Assembly: GCA_024683455.1 (NCBI GenBank)
Contig: JAIKYE010000041.1
Span: 47,605 to 111,604, forward strand
Reading direction: 5' to 3'
Source: Bacteroidaceae bacterium
Lineage (GTDB): Bacteria > Bacteroidota > Bacteroidia > Bacteroidales > Bacteroidaceae
DNA length: 64,000 nucleotides
Shown here: in pieces, positions 40,373-50,463 of the stretch
Numbering within the stretch: the first letter of the stretch is position 1
How the letters are laid out: the number at the start of each line of letters is the position of its first letter
Notes under the pieces: generated by a model
Told to the model about the DNA's origin: nothing
What the model saw: only the letters and a program-made list of their open reading frames with translations
The model's database searches: none
Translations under genes and position numbers: made by a program

Positions 40373-42826
40373 ATGCGTAAAATACTTATTTCTTTACTCT
40401 TCCTGCCGACATTGATGGCAGCAGAAAACATTGATGTTACTAAACTGCATGTGGCCGGGCCCTACCCAACTGTAAAACCTTTTATGACTGATACGCTGGA
40501 TGCAGAGGGAAAGAAGATTGATCTGGATGAACTTTATATGGAAAGTATCTCCCCGACTCTCCCAAAGAAAGAGGGAGATTATTCTTCAACTGTACCAGTT
40601 ACCCTCTCCTCAGGAGAGGGCCAGGGTGAGGCTTTGTATCTGGCTTCCTTCACCCTTCAGAATACAGGGTTTGCCAAAGGAAAAGTGAATGTGAAGTGCG
40701 AGAGCAAACATAAGCTATATATCGATGGGAATGAGCAGGGACCTGACTTTGAATTGATTCCTGGCAGACACGAGGTGAGTATTAAGCTGCTGCACAAGGG
40801 CGACAAGTCTGATACGCTGCGCGTAAGCGTGGAAACTGAGCAGCCAGTAACCATCAATCCCGATGGCAAGCGCTACTGGACAAATGCTGATATGATGCAT
40901 GGCGAACGTATCAGCGGCGTGGAACTCTCCAGCGGAGCCAAATATGCTCGCATTCGCAAGAGCATCACTTACAAGGGTGGCGAGACGAGTGGCAAGGATA
41001 CTTTCATAGACCTGACAACTGGCAAAGAGTTCAGTTTGGACGGCTTCCAGTATTGGTTGCCCAAGGGCGACCGATATGTGCGTTGCTATCGCGAAAAGGA
41101 AGGAACTTGGTGCTATGAGACCGTTGATATAAAAACGGGCGAGAAGACTCCTATAGGCAAATACAGAGGCAAGGGACACGCTTACCTAACGCGTGACCTG
41201 AAGAAGTTCTTGGTATCCTATGAGGAGAAAGTGCCAGAAGAAAAGAACAAGGATGTTCATCAGATTCTGGAGCCTGATGATCGTCAGCCAGGCTGGCGTA
41301 ACCGCAGGAACTACTCGCTCTACGATATAGAGACAGGCATCACAACACCCATTACCAAAGGTGCAAAGAATGTATATGTAGCAGCCAACAAGGATGCAAG
41401 CCATTACCTTATATCCATCCATACGGATGACCTGACAGAACGCCCCTTCAGCTTCACCGACCTATTGCTGCTGGATGCTGCAACAGGGAAAGTAGATACG
41501 CTGGTAAAACATGACGGTTTCATAGGCTCGTATACCTTCTCTCCGGATGAGAGATACGTTGCCCTGATGGGAAGCCCTGAGGCTTTAGGCGGCATCGGAA
41601 ATACGTTGCCCCAAGGTGTTACGCCCAGCAGCTACGAGTATGAGTTGTTTACCATAGACCTGCAGACAAAGGAGGTTCGCTGCCTGACACGTGATTTCGA
41701 CCCATCAGTAACGTCATACAAATGGTCGGAACAGGATGGCGTGATTTATGCCCTCTGTGAGTATCGTGACCAGCGTAACATCTATCGCATAAACCCCAAG
41801 AGTGGAAAGGCGGAGCAACTGTCTCTCGCAGAACCTTATATATATGGTAGCTACAGTCTGGCTGAGGAGAAACCCTTCCTGGCGTACATTGGTGAAGGAA
41901 GTATGAGCACAGATCGTTGCTGGCTGCGCGACCTGAAGAGTGGAAAGGAACGATTGTTGTGTGACCTGAACCCTACCCGACTGAAGGACATCCAACTGGG
42001 CAAGTGCTATGACTGGAACTTCAAGGCTGAACGCGGCGACAGCATATATGGTTGCTACTATCTGCCTCCCTTCTTTGATGAGACAAAACAATACCCCATG
42101 CTGGTATATTACTACGGTGGTTGCTCGCCTGTGGGTCGTGTGCTTGATAGCTACTACAACTATCAGGAATGGGCTGCAATGGGCTATGTGGTATATGTAA
42201 TCCAACCTTCGGGCTGTAGTGGATTTGGTCAGGAATTTGCATCACGACACGTGAATGCCTACGGCGACTATACAGCCGACGATATCATTCAGGGTACCAA
42301 GCAGTTCTGCAGGGAGCACCCCTTCGTAAACGAGAAGAAGATTGGCTGTATGGGTGCCAGCTATGGCGGTTTCATGACGATGTACCTGCAGACGCAGACC
42401 GATATCTTTGCAGCTGCTATGAGTCATGCAGGTATCAGCAACCCTGCCAGCTACTGGGGCTTTGGCTACTGGGGCTATTCGTACAGCACGACTTCAGCCG
42501 CTCACTCCTACCCTTGGAACAATATGGAGTTGTATAGCGGTCATGCTCCTCTCTTTAATGCCGACAAGGTTAAAACGCCCATCCTCTTCATGCATGGTGG
42601 AGCAGATACCAATGTACCCATCAATGAGAGTATCCAGATGTTTACAGCTCTGAAGATTCTAGGTAGGGAAACAGCCTTCATAACCGTTGAGGGCGAGAAC
42701 CACCATATCCTGGATTACAACAAGCGCATTCGTTGGCACGACAGCATCATGGCTTGGTTTGCCCGCTGGCTGCAAGATGACCCCACATGGTGGAACACAA
42801 TGTATCCAGAGAAAAACTTGAAGTAA
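40373..42826 (+). CDS. S9-family serine peptidase (prolyl oligopeptidase / acylaminoacyl-peptidase type)
   Basis: The ATG at 40373 gives signal peptide MRKILISLLFLPTLMAA, downstream of the promoter box at 40344..40351. The catalytic motif GASYGGF is present, with a C-terminal alpha/beta-hydrolase Asp/His region. Confidence 0.85.
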   Translation: MRKILISLLFLPTLMAAENIDVTKLHVAGPYPTVKPFMTDTLDAEGKKIDLDELYMESISPTLPKKEGDYSSTVPVTLSSGEGQGEALYLASFTLQNTGFAKGKVNVKCESKHKLYIDGNEQGPDFELIPGRHEVSIKLLHKGDKSDTLRVSVETEQPVTINPDGKRYWTNADMMHGERISGVELSSGAKYARIRKSITYKGGETSGKDTFIDLTTGKEFSLDGFQYWLPKGDRYVRCYREKEGTWCYETVDIKTGEKTPIGKYRGKGHAYLTRDLKKFLVSYEEKVPEEKNKDVHQILEPDDRQPGWRNRRNYSLYDIETGITTPITKGAKNVYVAANKDASHYLISIHTDDLTERPFSFTDLLLLDAATGKVDTLVKHDGFIGSYTFSPDERYVALMGSPEALGGIGNTLPQGVTPSSYEYELFTIDLQTKEVRCLTRDFDPSVTSYKWSEQDGVIYALCEYRDQRNIYRINPKSGKAEQLSLAEPYIYGSYSLAEEKPFLAYIGEGSMSTDRCWLRDLKSGKERLLCDLNPTRLKDIQLGKCYDWNFKAERGDSIYGCYYLPPFFDETKQYPMLVYYYGGCSPVGRVLDSYYNYQEWAAMGYVVYVIQPSGCSGFGQEFASRHVNAYGDYTADDIIQGTKQFCREHPFVNEKKIGCMGASYGGFMTMYLQTQTDIFAAAMSHAGISNPASYWGFGYWGYSYSTTSAAHSYPWNNMELYSGHAPLFNADKVKTPILFMHGGADTNVPINESIQMFTALKILGRETAFITVEGENHHILDYNKRIRWHDSIMAWFARWLQDDPTWWNTMYPEKNLK

Positions 42827-42835
42827 CGTCCACGC

Positions 42836-45361
42836 ATGATTTATCCACAACACTTTGAGCAGAAGATAGGCTTCACGGAGATACGCCAGTTGCTGAACAA
42901 CCATTGTCTGAGCAGCTTAGGACGCAGCCGTGTGGAGCAGATGACGTTCCTGACTAAACATGAGGAGATACGTCTGCTGCATCAGCAGGTTCAAGAGTTC
43001 CGTCGTATTATGGCTGAGGTAACCGAACTGCCCGAGCAGGATTTCTTCGACCTCCGCCCTTCCATCCAACGCATACGCATTGAAGGCGTACACCTGGATG
43101 AAAAGGAACTGCACGACCTGTACCTATCGCTCCGCACCCTGCATTCGTGTGTGTCAATCCTGCGCAACGAGGAAGAGGGCGAGCGTCCCATCTACCCTGC
43201 CCTACAAAAACTGACAGAGGGGGTTTTCACCTTTCACTCCATCACTAAACGGGCTGAACAGATATTGGACCGCTATGGTAGGATTAGTGACAATGCAACA
43301 CCAGAACTGGCCAGCATCAGACATGAACTTCGCAAGCATGAGGGAAGCGTAAGCCGTACACTTAACAAGATACTGAAAGCAGCACAAGCCGAAGGATGGG
43401 TGGACAAGGATGTGGTTCCTACGCTCAGAGACGGACGACTGGTCATACCTGCCGCTCCAGCCATGAAGCGAAAGCTGAAGGGTATCATACACGATGAAAG
43501 TTCAACGGGTAAGACTGTCTTCATAGAACCTGCTGAAGTAGTAGAGGTAAATAATCACATCCGTGAGTTGGAAGCCGAGGAAAAACGCGAGGTTATCCGT
43601 ATCTTAAAGGACTTCACCGAACTATTACGTCCCAACATCCCCGAGCTGGTACGCGGCTACGAGTTTCTGGCCGACGTAGAGTTTGTTCGCGCCAAAGCCC
43701 ATCTGGCAGACCAGATAGGCGGTGTATCACCTCAGATAGAGAAGAATCCGCTTATCGACTGGACCCTCGCCCAACACCCCCTGTTGGCGCTCGCCCTAAA
43801 GAAACAAGGCAAGAAGGTGGTTCCCCTCGAGATAGAGTTGAACAAGAAACAACGCATACTGGTGATCAGCGGACCTAATGCAGGCGGCAAGAGTGTGTGC
43901 CTGAAGACAGTGGGTCTGCTGCAATATATGCTACAATGTGGACTGGCCGTACCCATGGGCGAGAACTCGAAGTGTGGTATCTTTAAGGATATCTTTATTG
44001 ATATTGGCGACGAACAGAGCATAGAGGATGACTTGAGTACCTATAGCAGTCATCTGCTGAATATGAAGAATATGATGCGTGGCTGCAACCCACATAGTCT
44101 CTTGCTTATCGACGAGTTCGGAGGTGGAACAGAACCTACCATCGGCGGTGCAATAGCTGAGGCAGTACTGAAGTGCTTTGTGAAAGATGGTGCCTATGGC
44201 GTAATCACCACACACTATCAGAACCTGAAACATTTTGCAGAGGATACACCGGGTGTGGTGAATGGCGCTATGCTTTACGAACGCCATAGAATGGAAGCCC
44301 TATTCCAACTTCAGATTGGCAATCCTGGCAGTAGCTTCGCCGTAGAGATAGCTCGTAAAATAGGAATCTCAGAGGAAGTAATTGCCGATGCCACAGAAAT
44401 TGTGGGTAAGGATTATGTGAATGCTGACAAATATCTGTTGGATATCACGCGCGACAAGCGCTATTGGGAAGGTAAACGACAGACCATCCACCAGCAGGAG
44501 AAGCAGATGGAAAGCACCATAGATCGGTACGAGAAGGAAATGGCCGAATTGAAGGAGAAACGCAAGGAAATTATCAGAGAGGCCAAGAAACAAGCTGAAC
44601 AGATTCTGCAAGACAGTAACGCCATTGTAGAGAAGACCATCCGTGATATAAAGGAAGCACAAGCCGAGAAGGACCGCACCCGCAAGGCCCGTCAGGAGAT
44701 AGATGATTTCCGTGCCCGTATGGAGGAACAACTGAAGCACGAGCACGACGAGATGATAGAGCGCAAGATACGCCAGATTCAGGAGCGCCGTAAACGCAAA
44801 GAGGAAAGGAAGAAAAACACAGAACTCTCATCCGAAAACACGAAAACAACAGTATACATTAAGCCGACAACCGTTAACGACGAACAGTCAACATTCCAGA
44901 AAGGCGATACGGTTCGCCTGAAGGGGCAGACAACAGTTGGAGTGATAGAAGAAATAAACGGCAAGAAAGCCTCTATTGCATTTGGTATGGTACGCACAAG
45001 AGTGGAACTTTCACGATTGCAGCACGCCACACCCAAGGAAAAGGAAAATCACGCTGTACAGATAATTTCCTTCGTAAGCAAAGAAACACAAAACCAAGTT
45101 CGCGAGAAGCATCTGCATTTCCATCAAGAGATAGATGTCCGAGGCATGCGAGCCGAAGAAGCGCTACAGACCGTTACACATTTTATTGATGATGCTGTAT
45201 TGGTGGGCGCCAACCAAGTCCGTATTCTGCACGGAACAGGATCTGGCATACTACGACAACTGATTCGTCAGTACCTTCAGACGGTACCCAGCGTATCCTC
45301 TGCACATGATGAGCATGTGCAATTTGGTGGAGCGGGTATTACCGTAGTAGAACTATCCTAA
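42836..45361 (+). CDS. mutS2: endonuclease MutS2 (MutS domain plus C-terminal Smr domain)
   Basis: 841 aa. Walker A GPNAGGKS is present, followed by a charged coiled-coil and the Smr motif [11 protein letters not shown]. Confidence 0.95.
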   Translation: MIYPQHFEQKIGFTEIRQLLNNHCLSSLGRSRVEQMTFLTKHEEIRLLHQQVQEFRRIMAEVTELPEQDFFDLRPSIQRIRIEGVHLDEKELHDLYLSLRTLHSCVSILRNEEEGERPIYPALQKLTEGVFTFHSITKRAEQILDRYGRISDNATPELASIRHELRKHEGSVSRTLNKILKAAQAEGWVDKDVVPTLRDGRLVIPAAPAMKRKLKGIIHDESSTGKTVFIEPAEVVEVNNHIRELEAEEKREVIRILKDFTELLRPNIPELVRGYEFLADVEFVRAKAHLADQIGGVSPQIEKNPLIDWTLAQHPLLALALKKQGKKVVPLEIELNKKQRILVISGPNAGGKSVCLKTVGLLQYMLQCGLAVPMGENSKCGIFKDIFIDIGDEQSIEDDLSTYSSHLLNMKNMMRGCNPHSLLLIDEFGGGTEPTIGGAIAEAVLKCFVKDGAYGVITTHYQNLKHFAEDTPGVVNGAMLYERHRMEALFQLQIGNPGSSFAVEIARKIGISEEVIADATEIVGKDYVNADKYLLDITRDKRYWEGKRQTIHQQEKQMESTIDRYEKEMAELKEKRKEIIREAKKQAEQILQDSNAIVEKTIRDIKEAQAEKDRTRKARQEIDDFRARMEEQLKHEHDEMIERKIRQIQERRKRKEERKKNTELSSENTKTTVYIKPTTVNDEQSTFQKGDTVRLKGQTTVGVIEEINGKKASIAFGMVRTRVELSRLQHATPKEKENHAVQIISFVSKETQNQVREKHLHFHQEIDVRGMRAEEALQTVTHFIDDAVLVGANQVRILHGTGSGILRQLIRQYLQTVPSVSSAHDEHVQFGGAGITVVELS

Positions 45362-47520
45362 ACCTCAACGGTAAAAGTATTTACTGCATCTATCACACGT
45401 TTAACCTGCTCGTCTGTAAAAACAGGAGAGATGGGAAGCGAGAGAATTTCCTTATGAATACGTTCAGAAATACGATACTTTTCATCGTTCCACTCCTTGT
45501 ATGCTTTCTGCAAATGAGGTGGTATGGGGTAATGAATAAACGTCTGTATGTCTTTATCTTTTAGATAGGCAGATAATTCATCACGCATTGAACATCTTAC
45601 AGGATATATGTGATAGACATTCTCTTCTGGATTCTTTGCAACAACGGGCTTAGTAATCAGTGGATTAACAATACCCTTGTCGTACATAGATGCAATCTCA
45701 CGCCTGCGTTCATTATCAACATCCAGAAAAGGAAGTTTGACACACAGGGCTGCAGCTTGTATTTCATCCATGCGGCTGTTATGTCCCTTGTATTCATTGA
45801 CATACTTCTCTGCACTTCCGTAATTGGCCATTGTACGAACAATACGAGCAAGTTCCTCGTCGTTGGTAGTCACGCATCCGGCATCGCCCAAAGCGCCCAG
45901 ATTTTTTCCAGGATAGAAACTGATTCCTGCAGCATCACAGAGGTTTCCAGCCATCTTACCCTTATATCGAGCACCATGTGCTTGTGCCACATCCTCTATC
46001 ACTTTCAGTCCATGCTTTTGGGCAATTGCATTGATAGCATCCATGTCACAAACACGTCCGTATAGATGAACAGGCAAGATGGCGCGGGTCTTTTCTGTAA
46101 TCAAGGGTTCTATAAGCTCAGCATCTATCAGATAGTCATCGATATGAGGTTCACATAGTACAGGCTTCATTCCTGCATATGTAACGGCCAAAATGGTAGC
46201 AATATAGGTGTTGGATGGTACGATTACCTCATCTTCATCCTGCCAGCCCAGTTTCTCCTTGTATGCAAGCAGTATGAGTGACAATGCCTCCAATCCATTA
46301 CCAACAGGAACACAATATTGGGCACCGCAATACTCTGAAAAGAGCTTTGAGAATCGTTCGTTTTCCTTACCTAACAAATACCATCCGGTACGGATAACAC
46401 GTGTTACCTCGCTGCTAAGTTCTGGTTCAAATCGTTCGTTTATCTGTTTCAGACTAAGGTACTTTATGGTCTTACTCTGCGTATTTCGAACATTACCCGT
46501 CATCTTATCTATTTGCGAGTTATGCAAATCCACCTCGTATGTGTCATAGCATACAGCCCTACCGCCAAAGCCTTCTTTCTGGAATATCAGTCCTTCGTTC
46601 AGGAACTTGCCGTCATTCTCGTTGCTAGTACCCATATCCAGATACTCCATCTGTTTATAACGTTCGTTTATCAAATGTTTAAACAGCAAATCCAAAGCAC
46701 CGTATTCCCTACCCTCGTCGCCTGAGGCTATGTATTGTACGTGCGCTACCTGTCGACTCTCAAAGATAACAGTACCTGCAACTATATGATCTTCGTGACG
46801 GACAACATAAACCTTAATATTCTTGGGAAACAAACGCATCAGAAGCAAAATCTCGTGATAAGAGTGAACTGGTTTACTGTTGTGGTGCGTCATTAGCACG
46901 TCCTCCAACAGGTTCCAGAACTCCAACAAGCCAGCCTCGTCATTTTCTATTACATGACCCAGATAGCATCCATGATCTACAGCCTTCTTTGCCTGTCGCA
47001 TACGCAGCGTACGCATCTTAAGCGTATTACGTTGGTTGATAGCTGTGCTTACAAGTCGTCGTTTTAACTGAGCACCAGCACGGAAAAGGGCATATAAGTC
47101 TTCATCACTGGGGATAGCACTATATATATAAGGTATAGGTTTGTAAAAGACCTTTACAGCCTGCATAAAGTCACGATAATAGCATAACACCTCCTGCATA
47201 ATAGAAATTACCTCCATCTGAGTCACCTCGGGCAACACGATAAGACCACCGTATGTAAGTCCCTGATGAGAATATACACATTTAGTATGTTCATCATAAT
47301 TTGCTGGGAAGACAGCAACAAGATCCTTGGTAGTCATATGACTCTCTTTATACTCATCATCCGGCGATACGCCATCATATATCAATAAAGAGCAATCAAA
47401 AAAGCGATCACTATGATAGTCCATAAAATTGCGCTGCAACAGGAATGTGCCGTTCTTGGAACTCTCAACAAACGCATCCCATGTATCTTTCCTATTAATA
47501 GAATAAGGTATAATCGTCAT
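45358..47520 (-). CDS. fusion protein: N-terminal FemABX/GNAT-like acyltransferase-fold domain plus C-terminal DegT/DnrJ/EryC1-type sugar aminotransferase
   Basis: 720 aa. The N-terminal ~340 aa end in [12 protein letters not shown], which resembles the FemABX/GNAT_6 motif GLxxFKxxFGG. The C-terminal ~370 aa carry DegT features including the PLP-lysine motif [16 protein letters not shown]. Confidence 0.75.
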   Translation of the reverse strand: MTIIPYSINRKDTWDAFVESSKNGTFLLQRNFMDYHSDRFFDCSLLIYDGVSPDDEYKESHMTTKDLVAVFPANYDEHTKCVYSHQGLTYGGLIVLPEVTQMEVISIMQEVLCYYRDFMQAVKVFYKPIPYIYSAIPSDEDLYALFRAGAQLKRRLVSTAINQRNTLKMRTLRMRQAKKAVDHGCYLGHVIENDEAGLLEFWNLLEDVLMTHHNSKPVHSYHEILLLMRLFPKNIKVYVVRHEDHIVAGTVIFESRQVAHVQYIASGDEGREYGALDLLFKHLINERYKQMEYLDMGTSNENDGKFLNEGLIFQKEGFGGRAVCYDTYEVDLHNSQIDKMTGNVRNTQSKTIKYLSLKQINERFEPELSSEVTRVIRTGWYLLGKENERFSKLFSEYCGAQYCVPVGNGLEALSLILLAYKEKLGWQDEDEVIVPSNTYIATILAVTYAGMKPVLCEPHIDDYLIDAELIEPLITEKTRAILPVHLYGRVCDMDAINAIAQKHGLKVIEDVAQAHGARYKGKMAGNLCDAAGISFYPGKNLGALGDAGCVTTNDEELARIVRTMANYGSAEKYVNEYKGHNSRMDEIQAAALCVKLPFLDVDNERRREIASMYDKGIVNPLITKPVVAKNPEENVYHIYPVRCSMRDELSAYLKDKDIQTFIHYPIPPHLQKAYKEWNDEKYRISERIHKEILSLPISPVFTDEQVKRVIDAVNTFTVEV

Positions 47521-47945
47521 TTTGCAGTCAATTCTTTAAATTCATTATAATCATGGATATAATCTTCTGCGCTGTATGGCTCAGATGCCAGACTAACGCA
47601 TGCGGCATCACGTGTAAAGTCATAAAGTTTGCACCACACCAAGGGGGGGATAAGAATTCCCACGTGAGAATCGTTCATCTCAAGAATAATTTTCTGCTCA
47701 CCGTCATCCACCTCCATTTTAAAGCTGCCTCCCAAAGGAAAGATTACCATAGAGCACGTTCTGTGCGCATGGTTTCCACGGCTCAACCCGTCTTTTATGT
47801 TATACGTCCAGAACACACGCTCAATTTTAAAGGGGATATGATTCCTGCATTCCCCAAAAGCCAGTGCTCCACGTTCGTCTGCAATAAGGGGAAGTTCTAT
47901 CAACTTACACCCTTTAGGCATCTTGAACTGTACGTTTGTATCCAT
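47517..47945 (-). CDS. FdtA/WxcM-like cupin (NDP-4-keto-6-deoxyhexose 3,4-ketoisomerase family)
   Basis: The ATG at 47945 (MDTNVQF) lies downstream of the promoter box at 47964..47971. The cupin pattern DERGALAF...RGNHAHR is present. Its stop overlaps the next gene's start as ATGA. Confidence 0.7.
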   Translation of the reverse strand: MDTNVQFKMPKGCKLIELPLIADERGALAFGECRNHIPFKIERVFWTYNIKDGLSRGNHAHRTCSMVIFPLGGSFKMEVDDGEQKIILEMNDSHVGILIPPLVWCKLYDFTRDAACVSLASEPYSAEDYIHDYNEFKELTAK

Positions 47946-47963
47946 AGTTTCATTATTTTTATG

Positions 47964-47971
47964 CAAAGATA
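47964..47971 (-). promoter_or_regulatory. Bacteroidetes -7 box
   Basis: TATCTTTG on the minus strand lies upstream of the FdtA-like gene. Confidence 0.5.
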
Positions 47972-48096
47972 CGATTAAGTGAGAGGAATACAAAAAAAAA
48001 CATCATTTTTCAATCCCAAACATAAGTATCTTCTGGATTTTATTTCAAAAGTACAAAAAAAATTGCAAAGTACTTGTGATATTCGGAAAAAAGCTA

Positions 48097-48104
48097 TACC
48101 TTTG
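48097..48104 (+). promoter_or_regulatory. Bacteroidetes -7 box
   Basis: TACCTTTG lies ~54 nt upstream of tRNA-Ser. Confidence 0.5.
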
Positions 48105-48157
48105 CATCGCATTTGAGAAAAAGAGCTGCTAAAACAGTTCTAAACGGAATGCCGGAA

Positions 48158-48247
48158 GGAAGTTTGGGTGAGTGGCTGAAACCACCAGTTTGCTAAACTG
48201 ACGTGCGGGTTACCGTACCGGGGGTTCGAATCCCCCAGCTTCCGCCA
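48158..48247 (+). tRNA. tRNA-Ser (anticodon GCT), class II with a long variable arm; CCA is encoded
   Basis: Folded by hand. The acceptor stem is GGAAGTT/AGCTTCC. The D-loop is GAGTGGCTGAA, the anticodon loop is TTGCTAA, and the T-arm is GGGGG-TTCGAAT-CCCCC. Confidence 0.9.
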
Positions 48248-48269
48248 GAAGACCTCTCAAATTGCAAAT

Positions 48270-48341
48270 GGCGCTTTCGTCTAGCGGCTAGGACACATGC
48301 CTCTCACGCATGGAACACGGGTTCGATTCCCGTAGGCGCTA
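48270..48341 (+). tRNA. tRNA-Glu (anticodon CTC)
   Basis: Folded by hand. The acceptor stem is GGCGCTT/AGGCGCT with two G-U pairs. The D-arm is GTCTAGCGGCTAGGAC, the anticodon stem-loop is CATGC-CTCTCAC-GCATG, and the T-arm is ACGGG-TTCGATT-CCCGT. Confidence 0.85.
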
Positions 48342-48344
48342 CTA

Positions 48345-48380
48345 AATGAGACTTCAAGAATTTGTGGTCTCATTTTTCTT
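48345..48380 (+). terminator. terminator of the tRNA-Ser/tRNA-Glu transcript
   Basis: An 8-bp stem AATGAGAC/GTCTCATT is followed by TTTTCTTT. Confidence 0.6.
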
Positions 48381-48471
48381 TACATTATTTACCTCTACGC
48401 TTTTTCAATTTTTCACATCTATACCTTATTATTTTATAATAGAAAAACTTTGTTTGTGTTTCTCTTTTTTG

Positions 48472-48479
48472 TAATTTTG
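48472..48479 (+). promoter_or_regulatory. Bacteroidetes -7 box driving the riboswitch and DASS transcript
   Basis: TGTAATTTTGCACC lies immediately 5' of the riboswitch. Confidence 0.6.
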
Positions 48480-48483
48480 CACC

Positions 48484-48712
48484 CGCAATTGGTTCACCGA
48501 CCCCTAAACAGGGGAATAAATGGAGCTAAGATGGGAATGCAGTGAAATTCTGCGACATTACCCGATGCTGTGAGTCCTTTTATTTGAAGACGGTCGACAT
48601 GCCACTGGAGTCCAACCCATGCGAACCAAGACAGAGATAATGGGTTGAATGTCTCTGGGAAGGCCGCATCGCCTATAAGGATTAAGTCAGAAGACCTGCC
48701 TTTTGCAATACT
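48484..48712 (+). promoter_or_regulatory. cobalamin (B12) riboswitch
   Basis: The conserved core ATGGGAATGCAGTGAAATTCTGCGACATTACCCGATGCTGT matches the AGGGAA..GGTGAAAnTCC..CCCGC..CTGT pattern. GCCACTGG lies at 48601 and GGGAAGGC at 48657. The B12 box AGTCAGAAGACCTGCC lies at 48685..48700. It starts just after the promoter box at 48472. Boundaries are approximate. Confidence 0.9.
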
Positions 48713-48833
48713 ATAAAGCCTGCCTGCGGGATTACGGGTAGAGCCATATCAAACAGAATAACCTAAACTAACCGCCATGTGAGCCATGTGTGTGGTGCAT
48801 TGGTGTGTGTATATGTATTAAATATTAACAGAT

Positions 48834-50342
48834 ATGTTTAAAATCTTTGCTGGTAATCATCTTGTTGAGGCGTATCACCGCCGTAAGAAGGAAAAGCGGA
48901 ACAGCTGCCTCCTCTGCAAGGTAATGAAATTACTCATAGCTATTACTATGGGTATTACACTGTGGACTCTACCCACAGAAACTTTCGGAATAGAGGGTCT
49001 TACCCTTATAGAACAACGTGTAATTGCTCTTTTCTGCTTCGCTACCCTTATGTGGATAACAGAGGCTATCCCATCCTGGACTACCTCTGTGGCAATTATT
49101 GTAGTTCTATTGTTCACATGTAGCGATAGTGCACTGAAATTTTTCATCAACGATCCTGAAGATGTTTTGGGAACCGTTATCTCGCACAAAGCTATTATGG
49201 CCTGCTTTGCCAACCCTATCATCATGCTCTTTATTGGAGGATTCATTCTGGCTATTGCAGCAACAAAAAGTGGATTGGATGTCAAGTTGGCCAAGGTGTT
49301 ACTGAAACCTTTTGGAACGAAATCAGAAAATGTACTTCTGGGATTCCTATTGGTAACAGGTCTTTTTTCAATGTTCCTCAGCAACACCGCCACAGCGGCT
49401 ATGATGCTCACCTTCCTTGCACCTATCTTGAAGTCACTACCCGCTAATGGCAAGGGAAAGATTGCCCTCGCACTGGCTATTCCTATAGGTGCCAACATCG
49501 GAGGTATTGGAACACCTATCGGAACTCCTCCCAACTCCATTGCTTTATCTTACTTGGCCGATCCAAATGGCCTGAACATACAAATTGGATTCGGTCAATG
49601 GATGGCCTTCATGGTTCCCTTTGCATTGCTTCTGCTTTTCATAGCTTGGATTATTCTAAAGACTATGTTCCCCTTTACGCAGAAAAGAATTGAGCTTGAA
49701 ATAGAGGGTGAGACCAAGCATGACTGGCGATCAGTTGTAGTATATGTTACTTTCGCCATTACTGTTCTACTGTGGATGTTTGATAAGAAAACAGGCGTAA
49801 ACTCCAACGTAGTTGCCATGTTGCCCGTTGGTGTATTTTGTACATGCGGCATTATAACACGTAAGGATTTGGAAGAAATCAACTGGTCTGTCCTTTGGAT
49901 GGTTGCAGGTGGTTTCGCCTTGGGTCTTGCGCTTCAAGATAGCCACTTGGCAGAACACCTTATATCTGTTATACCTTTTGGTTCATGGTCACCCCTGCTG
50001 ATGATTTTAGGTAGCGGACTGCTGTGCTATGCTATGGCTAACTTCATTAGCCATACAGCTACAGCAAACTTGCTTTTCCCTATTCTGGCTCTTGCAGGCA
50101 TGTCAACAACAGAAACACTTGCAAACTACGGTGGTGTAAGTACCTTACTTATTGGTGTTGCCCTTGGCTCATCACTGGCAATGATACTACCCATTTCGAC
50201 ACCGCCTAATGCCTTGGCCCATGCCACAGGTTTGATTGAGCAGAAGCAGATGATGCGTGTAGGAATCATCATGGGTATAATAGGTCTTGTATTGGGCTAC
50301 ATCATGCTGATATTCATCGGTAAATCTGGTTTTGTTAGTTAA
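48834..50342 (+). CDS. DASS/SLC13-family anion:Na+ symporter (dicarboxylate or sulfate type)
   Basis: Hairpin-tip motifs FLSNTATAAMM with GTPPN, and FISHTATANLL with STPPN, are present across ~12 TM segments. The ATG at 48834 has an AU-rich upstream region. An internal ATG at 48924 (MKLLIAITMG) is an alternative start. Confidence 0.85.
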   Translation: MFKIFAGNHLVEAYHRRKKEKRNSCLLCKVMKLLIAITMGITLWTLPTETFGIEGLTLIEQRVIALFCFATLMWITEAIPSWTTSVAIIVVLLFTCSDSALKFFINDPEDVLGTVISHKAIMACFANPIIMLFIGGFILAIAATKSGLDVKLAKVLLKPFGTKSENVLLGFLLVTGLFSMFLSNTATAAMMLTFLAPILKSLPANGKGKIALALAIPIGANIGGIGTPIGTPPNSIALSYLADPNGLNIQIGFGQWMAFMVPFALLLLFIAWIILKTMFPFTQKRIELEIEGETKHDWRSVVVYVTFAITVLLWMFDKKTGVNSNVVAMLPVGVFCTCGIITRKDLEEINWSVLWMVAGGFALGLALQDSHLAEHLISVIPFGSWSPLLMILGSGLLCYAMANFISHTATANLLFPILALAGMSTTETLANYGGVSTLLIGVALGSSLAMILPISTPPNALAHATGLIEQKQMMRVGIIMGIIGLVLGYIMLIFIGKSGFVS

Positions 50343-50381
50343 AAACAGTTTCTAACAATCTGCTTATAATATGAAACTAAA

Positions 50382-50416
50382 AATGCCTCAGCTTCAAAGC
50401 TGGGGCATTTTATTTA
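50382..50416. terminator. bidirectional terminator between the DASS gene and gdhA
   Basis: A 12-bp stem AATGCCTCAGCT/AGCTGGGGCATT is followed by TTTATTT and preceded by AAAAA. Confidence 0.75.
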
Positions 50417-50463
50417 AAATATCAGAATTAAAATCATGTCTTACATCTATTTCTTCTATTACA

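Noticed and set aside
47946-48480. Possibility of an integrated mobile element at the tRNA-Ser/tRNA-Glu locus
   Set aside because: No integrase, excisionase or transposase is present. I found no direct repeat of a tRNA 3' end in the flanks. Only a by-eye compositional impression remains, and it is noted under the FdtA cassette finding.
48773-48815. GT-rich tract with a GCCATGTG duplication between the riboswitch and the DASS start, considered as a microsatellite or phase-variation tract
   Set aside because: It is too short and irregular to be a slippage-prone repeat. It is more likely part of the riboswitch expression platform.
48875-49540. 221-aa ORF antisense to the DASS transporter gene
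   Set aside because: It is a shadow ORF. The sense frame has clear transporter motifs and TM periodicity.
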